From contig JAKLEE010000001.1 in NCBI GenBank assembly GCA_022703215.1, forward strand, positions 1-41,563: a stretch of 41,563 nucleotides of DNA, read 5' to 3'. The first letter of the stretch is position 1. Each line of letters begins with the position of its first letter. Positions 36,401-41,563 of this stretch are shown piece after piece. The notes under the pieces are model-generated. The model saw nothing but the letters and a program-made list of their open reading frames with translations, was not told the DNA's origin and did no database searches. The translations under genes and the position numbers were made by a program. Source of the stretch: Spirochaetota bacterium. GTDB lineage: Bacteria; Spirochaetota; Spirochaetia; Treponematales; UBA12059.

Positions 36401-36460
36401 GACCTCGACCGGAGCGCGGTAGGGTCCGAAATTCTCGAGCCTAAGCCTGACGGGCCGCAT
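33455..36460 (-). CDS. sbcC: Exonuclease SbcC (SMC-like ATPase subunit of SbcCD)
   Basis: The N-terminus reads MRPVRLRLENFGPY with Walker A GKTGSGKTT. A very long Ala/Glu/Arg coiled coil carries the zinc hook CPVCGS. The C-terminal signature is LSGGERF and Walker B is VFIDEGFGSLD. Confidence 0.92.
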   Translation of the reverse strand: MRPVRLRLENFGPYRAPVEVDFEKLGGLFLVHGKTGSGKTTLFDAMTYALYGEAPGSRSSFEKQLASHWAEPGDESSVSFEFLASGKRYLAERNPPSRRLKRNGEIDYTPASAALSRFENGAWVPVAGMVSEVGAAVTALLGLSADEFSKVVLLPQGEFENFLRMNSRDRTAVLEKLFPVELHEASARLARDRAKAAEDASARVGAELARIAAAEPEGGAAAALVAAVAALETAETERQAAAAEATALALALEAARAKQLAARRAEEAGKRLAALEARRPELIALEGRIDAARRAAEAAPAIREAKRAAAELASVESRLEGFRAQAREIESNEAAIEAGLAESAALAERLASLDGVIGTLTAALEAWDRTLDLSSRRDRAAIGRDAALAAAAACGVALEEAERAFATLAVEDGEDERRQLARDAARAAYEAARDAKARADAHEAERAALERAAGELARAEAARAEAEAGLAALDARMLEASARRDASAAASLAAALVPGAPCPVCGSTAHPAPARPTGDDAPDADALRGLEAERRSALEAVSKAVAEAGQLADAVARGKLADSASTELEPSVAAAALAEAVRADEAAATALRDLAVLRRKRDEAARAVEAARRELRTANEGLAAARENFARLDAEASENSRAAGGSDPRPRLTEARRERSIAETRRAKLEGDRAAHAEARSRVASAMDETVKRLEALRPEFDKSRGLCAAALVGCGFGDEAAASAAFVEPGALAGMEKTRADWELELAAARAAAEEALHAAEGPLPDVDQLARKLAEAEGRRDLAEGDRDRARDEAARLRALVDDRTRLEAERQDLDAKHARLSNLSQLLSGTINQRRLPFKNYALSAWFRAVVERGNLRLREMSGGRYSLAVEDQGGRGYGGLDLTVRDAYTGTSRPTGTLSGGERFLASVSLALGLADAIRERSGGASLEAVFIDEGFGSLDEEALDRAIGALESIRGARVIGIVSHVAALRSRVASRIEVVREREGSRIVVADGLEEE

Positions 36461-37661
36461 GTTCCGCCTCCTCGACCAGGCCGGCCATCAGGGCAAGCGT
36501 ATCCGCGTCCGCTTCCTTCCCCAGCACTTCCTTATGGAAGGCCGAAAAATCGCCGAGCACGCCGGCGGCATCCGCTCGCTCGATCCGGACCGGCGCGGCA
36601 TCCTGCGCGCCTGCCACGGACTCGAACGCCGCCTGGCGCACCGAAAGCAGGTTCGGCAAGCGCTCGCGCAGGCGTTCCACCGGATTCAGCACCGGCGCCG
36701 GATCCTCGATCACCGCCTCGATATAATCGTCGGGGTTCGCGTCAAGGGCGGCGGCCGACATGATCCTGTCCCAGGTTCCGATGATCCGCCGCAGCGCCCG
36801 CTTCGGGCGTATCGGGACGAAATCCATCGTGGCGGGAGCGCCCGGATCGACGTCCACGACCAGGAAACCGCGCTCCTGCCCCGATTCGTCGAAGGAGTAG
36901 GCCAGCGGCGCGCCTGAGTAGCGCCCCTTCCCGCCCGCCGCCTGGGGGCGGTGCAGATGACCGAGCGCCGCGTAATCGAAGGCGTCGAAGAGTCCCGAGT
37001 CCACTTGTTCCGCGGTTCCCACGAAGGCGCGCTCCGATTCGCTCGCGAGCCCTCCCTTGGCGAACAGGTGGGCGACGAGGATGTTGGCGGCGCCCGGCAA
37101 AAGTCGCGGCGCTATCGCCGAAAGTGCGGCGACGCAGAGATCCTCCTGCGATCTGAGCCGTTCAGGCGGCTCCTCGCCGAAGTCCAGTTCGCCGAGCGCC
37201 GTTCCGGCCTTTCCGTCCGCGCGCTTTCCTCCGAAATCCGGAGGAAGGCAGCCCGGCGTCAGGAAGGGCAGGGTCCAGAACGCCGCCCGTTCCCCCCCGC
37301 GCTCGACCACGACAGGGACGACACACGAAAGCGCGTCGGTCCTGATGTGTACGCCGGCCCCTTCGAAAAAGCGGGCGCCGAAGGAGAGCCTCGCGGCCGA
37401 ATCGTGGTTGCCGGGTATGGCGATGATGGCCAGGTCGGGTCGCGCCGCCCGGAGCCCCGCCAGGAAACCGTCCAGCAAGGCGACCGCGTCGGGCGGAGGC
37501 ACGCCACGGTCGTAGATGTCGCCCGCGATCACGAGGGCGGATATCGACGGGTCGCGGGCGGCCAAGGCGATGGCCTCCAGCATCGCGGCCTGCTCGTCGC
37601 AGAGCGGGCGCTCGCGGAGCGTCCTTCCCAGATGAAGGTCGGAGACATGGATGAAGCGCAT
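36441..37661 (-). CDS. sbcD: Exonuclease SbcD (Mre11-family nuclease subunit)
   Basis: MRFIHVSDLHLG, GDIYDR, GNHDS and the HLF motifs of calcineurin-like phosphoesterases are present. There is a 20-nt overlap with the sbcC start. ATG at 37661; an in-frame TTG lies at 37670. Confidence 0.92.
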   Translation of the reverse strand: MRFIHVSDLHLGRTLRERPLCDEQAAMLEAIALAARDPSISALVIAGDIYDRGVPPPDAVALLDGFLAGLRAARPDLAIIAIPGNHDSAARLSFGARFFEGAGVHIRTDALSCVVPVVVERGGERAAFWTLPFLTPGCLPPDFGGKRADGKAGTALGELDFGEEPPERLRSQEDLCVAALSAIAPRLLPGAANILVAHLFAKGGLASESERAFVGTAEQVDSGLFDAFDYAALGHLHRPQAAGGKGRYSGAPLAYSFDESGQERGFLVVDVDPGAPATMDFVPIRPKRALRRIIGTWDRIMSAAALDANPDDYIEAVIEDPAPVLNPVERLRERLPNLLSVRQAAFESVAGAQDAAPVRIERADAAGVLGDFSAFHKEVLGKEADADTLALMAGLVEEAEHAARQA

Positions 37662-37862
37662 GGCCGGCAAGCCTAGCCCCGCGCGCGACCGGGGTCAAGC
37701 GAAGCCCTGCGCCCGCCTCGTCGCCCCGTCGCCTCGTCGCCGCCTCGACGGCCATTCCCGGCTAAGCCCTTAGCCCAAACACGGCGCACGACGCCGCGCC
37801 GGTCTGCGACGGCGTCTACCCGAGGGTCCGAGCTTGGCCCACAGCGATCTGGGACCTTCTCC

Positions 37863-37914
37863 GGCACTCAGGCACTCAGGCACTCAGGCACTCAGGCACT
37901 CAGGCACTCAGGCA
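37863..37914. repeat. Perfect 8-bp tandem repeat (GGCACTCA) x6 plus partial GGCA
   Basis: Read directly from the sequence: ccGGCACTCAGGCACTCAGGCACTCAGGCACTCAGGCACTCAGGCACTCAGGCAgg. It lies in the intergenic region between divergent sbcD and the sugar dehydrogenase gene. Confidence 0.95.
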
Positions 37915-37968
37915 GGAAAGATCGCGCGATAGCCGGGTCGATCCGATCCGCGCAAAAGCCCAATGCGC

Positions 37969-37999
37969 ATGACACCATCTACGGAATTTTGATTATATT
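37969..37999 (+). promoter_or_regulatory. Putative promoter, leaderless type, for 38007-39194
   Basis: ATGACA (37969-37974), a 19-nt spacer, then TATATT (37994-37999). Seven nt separate the -10 from the ATG at 38007. The local sequence is an AT-rich island (AATTTTGATTATATTTTTAC). Confidence 0.35.
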
Positions 38000-38006
38000 T
38001 TTACTC

Positions 38007-39194
38007 ATGAATACCAACGTTCGCATCCATCGATACTGGCGACCGTTCCTGGTCGCCGCACTGCTACTGCTTGCTTCGCCTTGGTCCGTCCGGGCTGAGA
38101 CGGTGCGCCTGGGATCCCCCCGGGCCGTGCGGGCGCTCAATCCCGGCACGGCCGGAGCAGTCGTCCTCGCGGAGCTTCCCTACGTCTTTTCCAATCCCTG
38201 GTCCCTCGCCTTCCTGCCTGACGGCCGAGTTCTCGTCACCGAGCGCGAAGGCAGGCTCCTGTTGGTGGACGGCGCCAGCTCTGTCCCCGTTGCCGGGCTG
38301 CCGAAGGTCGCGCCTGCCGGACAGGGCGGACTGCTCGACATCGCGCTCCACCCGCGCTTCGCCGGGAATCGGTTCGTGTACTTCTCCTTTGCAGAACCCG
38401 GAGCAGGTGGTGCTTCGACCGCCGTGTATCGCGCAAGGCTCGAGGAAGGTCCCGGCGCGGCGCCGGCCCTCGTCGAGGGTCGCGTAATCTGGCGGGCATC
38501 GAGGAAGACGGGAGCGGGCGTCCACTTCGGTTCCCGGCTCGCGTTCGACGCGGCGGGCTACCTGTTCGTCACCACCGGAGAGCGCGGCGACGGCAAGCGC
38601 GCGCGCGATCCCGCCGACGGCCAAGGCAAGGTGATCCGGCTCCGCGACGACGGCTCCGTCCCCGCGGACAACCCCTTCGCGGGCGGCCCAGGCGACGCGC
38701 CGGCGGTCTGGTCCCTCGGCCACCGAAACGCGCAAGGCCTCGCCATCAACCCCGCCGACGGCCTGCCTTGGCTGACCGAGCACGGCCCGAAAGGCGGCGA
38801 CGAGGTGAACGTCGTGTTCCGCGGCGCGGATTACGGCTGGGACCTGGTAACCTACGGCGTGGCGTATTCGGGGGCGAAGGTCGGCGTCGGCGCGACGGCT
38901 CCGGGCGTGACGGACCCGATCCTGCACTGGACCCCATCCATCGCGCCTTCGGGCCTGGCCTTCTACGCGGGTGACGCATTTCCGCACTGGAACGGCAGCC
39001 TGCTCGCGGGCTCGCTCGCCGGGCAGAAGCTCGTCAGGTTGGTCTTGGACGGACGCCGGGTGACGTCGGAGGAGGTCCTGCTCGACGGCGATATCGGCCG
39101 CATCCGCGACGTGCGCGTCGGACCCGACGGACTCGTGTACCTGCTTTCCGACGGACCGGCAGGGAAGCTCTGGCGGCTCCAGCCCCGACCCTAG
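38007..39194 (+). CDS. PQQ-dependent soluble sugar dehydrogenase (YliI/GSDH beta-propeller family)
   Basis: A signal peptide is followed by family motifs: LPDGRVLVTEREGRLLLV, GGLLDIALHPRF, HFGSRLAFD, GHRNAQGLA, EHGPKGGDEVN and GWD. An in-frame TTG at 37989 is an alternative start. Confidence 0.88.
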   Translation: MNTNVRIHRYWRPFLVAALLLLASPWSVRAETVRLGSPRAVRALNPGTAGAVVLAELPYVFSNPWSLAFLPDGRVLVTEREGRLLLVDGASSVPVAGLPKVAPAGQGGLLDIALHPRFAGNRFVYFSFAEPGAGGASTAVYRARLEEGPGAAPALVEGRVIWRASRKTGAGVHFGSRLAFDAAGYLFVTTGERGDGKRARDPADGQGKVIRLRDDGSVPADNPFAGGPGDAPAVWSLGHRNAQGLAINPADGLPWLTEHGPKGGDEVNVVFRGADYGWDLVTYGVAYSGAKVGVGATAPGVTDPILHWTPSIAPSGLAFYAGDAFPHWNGSLLAGSLAGQKLVRLVLDGRRVTSEEVLLDGDIGRIRDVRVGPDGLVYLLSDGPAGKLWRLQPRP

Positions 39195-39342
39195 GGCCGG
39201 CCGCCGTCGATGCGGCGGGCGGGTAAAGCGAGCTATCCGGTGCGCGCGATGACGGCGGCGCCAGAGCGGGCGGAGGCGGACGAGTTGCCTTTTCCCCGAG
39301 ATCCCGGATTACGGCTTCCCGAAGGCAGGCTCCCCTTTCCGG

Positions 39343-40206
39343 CTAGGCGTCCCCGAGCCAGGTGGCATGGTAGGCGAACGGGGCGGCGGGTTTTGCGGCG
39401 TCCTCGCCCAGGCGCGCCCAGGCGCCGGTCCGGCCCGTGGCGGCGCATGCTTCGGCGAGGTGGCGCATCGCGATGCCGAGGTCGAGCTCCTGAACGCGCA
39501 CGGGATCGAGCGCCCGGTTGTAGGCGCGGTTTTCCGCGAAGAGCAGCCGGACCCTTCCCGGAGCGTCGAGGACCAGGCGCCAGGGCTGCCGGTTCGACGC
39601 CGAGGGTGCGCGCCTGACCGCCTCGAATATGCCGGCCCAGTCGCCGAGTCCGGATGCGGGCAAGGGCCGGCCGGGTTCGCCCTCGAAAAACAGCTCGCGC
39701 CACGGCTTGCGTCCGTCGGAGCCGGCCCCGAGGCGGAACGCGGCGTCGACCAAGGTGCGCCGGTCCGCGGGATACCCTACGGGAGAAATGGCTGGAAGGA
39801 GTTCGCCCTCCGCGAGCCCGACGGCCCGCGCCGCGGCCCCGCGCGAGAAGGTACCGCCGAGCCAGCAGGTGCCGAGTCCGCGCGCCGTCGCTTCCAATAA
39901 GATACTTTCGAAGACGTAGCCGAAATCGGCGCAGGCGTCGGGAGACTTCCCGATGGCGCCGACCAGCCAGGCGCGGGCGCCCGAAACCACGCCGTAGGCG
40001 CCGATGCGTGTCGGCGCCCGGTCCGTATCTCCGAGGCCGGCCTGCGCCGCGTCGAGGAGCCGGATCCTGGGCGTGGCCCCGAACGGGCCGGGACCGGCTT
40101 CGGCCAAAACGGCCTCGAGCGCGTCCTGGTCCGCCGCCACGAGCGGCCGACCGTCGAACGAACGCACCGAACGGCGTAAAAGCAGGGTATCCAGGGTGAT
40201 GTTCAT
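39343..40206 (-). CDS. Nitroreductase family protein (atypical long form)
   Basis: LLRRSVRSF lies at the N-terminus, GLGTCWLGG mid-protein, and RRAPSASNRQPWR only around residue 200. The ATG overlaps the upstream kinase stop (ATGA at 40203-40206). Confidence 0.75.
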   Translation of the reverse strand: MNITLDTLLLRRSVRSFDGRPLVAADQDALEAVLAEAGPGPFGATPRIRLLDAAQAGLGDTDRAPTRIGAYGVVSGARAWLVGAIGKSPDACADFGYVFESILLEATARGLGTCWLGGTFSRGAAARAVGLAEGELLPAISPVGYPADRRTLVDAAFRLGAGSDGRKPWRELFFEGEPGRPLPASGLGDWAGIFEAVRRAPSASNRQPWRLVLDAPGRVRLLFAENRAYNRALDPVRVQELDLGIAMRHLAEACAATGRTGAWARLGEDAAKPAAPFAYHATWLGDA

Positions 40207-41495
40207 GCGGAATACCTCAGGACGAACCCCGGAGCGGGGCCGTCGGCCAGGGCCAGCTCGCCGTGGAGCTGGCGCGCGAGTTCGCCGACCATCCGGAGCC
40301 CGAAGCCGGTTGCGGCGGCCGGATCGAAGTCCGGGGGGAGGGGCTTGCCATCAGTGAGGACCGCGAGCTCCCGCCGCCCGGGCGCCGAGTCGCCGAAGCG
40401 TACCGTGATCGAGCCCGAGGCTCCAGCCGCGAACGCGTGCTTGTACGCGTTGGTGAGCAATTCGTTGAGCACCAGGCCGACCGCCGACGCTTGCCGGGCA
40501 TCGAGGGAGACGGGAGCCAGGTCGAGGGCGAGCTCGATGTCCGCGCACGAGGTGCCGCACGCGTCATGGGCGGAGCGCGCCACCGCTTCCAGGTAGCGGG
40601 CTGCGTCCACCTCGCCGATGCTGCCGCTTTCATGGAGGATGCGGTAAAGCGAGGCGACCGTTCCTATCCGGGCGCCGATGGCCGAAAGAGCCGTCCGCGC
40701 CTCCCCGCCCTCGGCGCGCGCGGTCTCGATGGCGACCAGGGCCGCGATGGTCGACAGAGAATTCTTGACGCGGTGCTGAAGTTCCTTGTAGAGGTTCGTA
40801 CGCTCGGCCAGGGCTGCCTCCGCGTGGAGGGCGGCGCGCTTACGCACCGCGACCGCGTGGGCGAGCGCCACAGTCGCGACGATGGCCACGGCCAAGGCCG
40901 CCGCCACCAAGGCGACGCTGCCCCGCGCGCGGGACAGCTGGTTGGCCCGCGTCTCGGCGAGCGCCGAGAGGCGCGCCTGGTATTCCGCGACGTCGTCAGG
41001 CGCCACCGCCTTGCCCGTTATGTCGTGGATGATCGAAAGCAGCAGCTCGCCGTCCGCGGTACGCACCGGGGAGGAATAGACTTCGACGGCGTGCACGGAT
41101 CCGTCGGAATGACGGTGCGGAAAGATGAAATACGAACGCCGCTCGGCCGCGGCGCGTGCACGTTCCTCGTCGACGGCCCCGGGTTCGAATGCGTTGATGT
41201 CAGTGATGTTCATCGTCTCGAGTTCGCCGGACGGATAGCCGTAGAAGCGGTCGGCTGCCGCGTTGGCCGCGACTATCCTTCCGGACCCGGGTTCGATGAG
41301 GAGCATGACCGCCGAATGCTCCTCGACGAGGGCAAATCCCGCGGGTCCTCCGGTCTGGGCGAAAGCCCGGGCGCCGAGAACGAGGACGAGCGCGAGGGCC
41401 AGGGCGAGGGCGATCAGGGCCGCCAGGAGGGACTTCAAAATCGAGCTCGAGGTTGGAGTGCTCATCGGGTGGTACTGTAGAAAGCCTTCGGGCAT
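40203..41495 (-). CDS. Sensor histidine kinase, PAS plus HisKA_2 type
   Basis: An N-terminal TM or signal segment is followed by PAS (RFYGYPSGEL..SYFIFPHRHSDGS) and a second TM. The H-box is HRVKNSLSTIAALV; the ATPase motif is LNELLTNAYKHAF. An alternative start lies at 41465. Confidence 0.85.
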   Translation of the reverse strand: MPEGFLQYHPMSTPTSSSILKSLLAALIALALALALVLVLGARAFAQTGGPAGFALVEEHSAVMLLIEPGSGRIVAANAAADRFYGYPSGELETMNITDINAFEPGAVDEERARAAAERRSYFIFPHRHSDGSVHAVEVYSSPVRTADGELLLSIIHDITGKAVAPDDVAEYQARLSALAETRANQLSRARGSVALVAAALAVAIVATVALAHAVAVRKRAALHAEAALAERTNLYKELQHRVKNSLSTIAALVAIETARAEGGEARTALSAIGARIGTVASLYRILHESGSIGEVDAARYLEAVARSAHDACGTSCADIELALDLAPVSLDARQASAVGLVLNELLTNAYKHAFAAGASGSITVRFGDSAPGRRELAVLTDGKPLPPDFDPAAATGFGLRMVGELARQLHGELALADGPAPGFVLRYSA

Positions 41496-41563
41496 TAGAC
41501 CAGCGCGCGCGCGACGAGCCCCTCGCGCCAGCCGCGGCGTGGTATGGTCGCCATCGATGGACG
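41495..41563 (-). CDS. 3' end of an unidentified upstream gene (truncated by window edge)
   Basis: The open minus-strand frame reads ..RPSMATIPRRGWREGLVARALV and ends at a TAA that overlaps the kinase ATG (TAATG). Only 22 codons are visible, so no function can be assigned. Confidence 0.25.
   Translation of the reverse strand, partial: RPSMATIPRRGWREGLVARALV

Noticed and set aside
37713-37753. Degenerate GC-rich direct repeats (GCCTCGTCGCC x2, then GCCTCGACGGCC) upstream of sbcD.
   Set aside because: The repeats are short, imperfect and low-complexity in GC-rich DNA. This is compatible with chance and is only noted as context for the nearby perfect octamer repeat.
1-41563. Mobile elements, prophage or genomic island boundaries, and tRNA or rRNA genes.
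   Set aside because: I recognised no transposase, integrase, phage structural genes, tRNA-like cloverleaf sequences (no GGTTCGAATCC-type T-arms in context) or rRNA. The only compositional outliers are short AT-rich promoter-like islands.

Overview
This is a visibly GC-rich bacterial chromosomal segment; third codon positions are almost all G/C, which produces many long spurious antisense ORFs. I call about 36 protein-coding genes. I found no rRNA, tRNA, CRISPR array, transposase or integrase. Housekeeping and metabolic genes: proS (5'-truncated), GTP-type PEP carboxykinase, a ferredoxin plus a long aldehyde:ferredoxin oxidoreductase (AOR) family enzyme, thiF-thiS, OsmC, 5-formyl-THF cyclo-ligase, ArfB, cyclophilin, system II cytochrome c biogenesis (ResB-like/CcsA), SbcCD, a PQQ-type sugar dehydrogenase and a nitroreductase. 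Envelope and transport genes: a split ThrE exporter, a MATE pump and several secreted, lipoprotein or beta-barrel candidates. Signalling genes: four sensor histidine kinases with no DNA-binding response regulator nearby, a MerR/TipA-like regulator and a TrpR-like YerC/YecD protein. Many neighbouring genes overlap by 4 nt (ATGA or GTGA at 3177, 3962, 10206, 17280, 23982, 30522, 32380, 40203), which suggests translational coupling. The best candidates for something undescribed are: (1) an omptin-like outer-membrane protease gene coupled to a cytosolic-looking patatin phospholipase gene (9229-11285); (2) a coupled pair of divergent class III nucleotidyl-cyclase-like proteins whose catalytic residues look complementary, the second carrying a pseudo-receiver domain (31457-33324). 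Non-coding observations: a composite palindromic 56-bp repeat element fills the next intergenic gap beside sbcCD. An 8-bp tandem repeat (GGCACTCA x6.5) sits in a divergent promoter region. A TTGKKGACAG motif array lies upstream of the omptin operon. AT-rich -10-like hexamers recur 6-10 nt before start codons, implying leaderless mRNAs. All functional calls come from motif recognition by eye; no searches were run.
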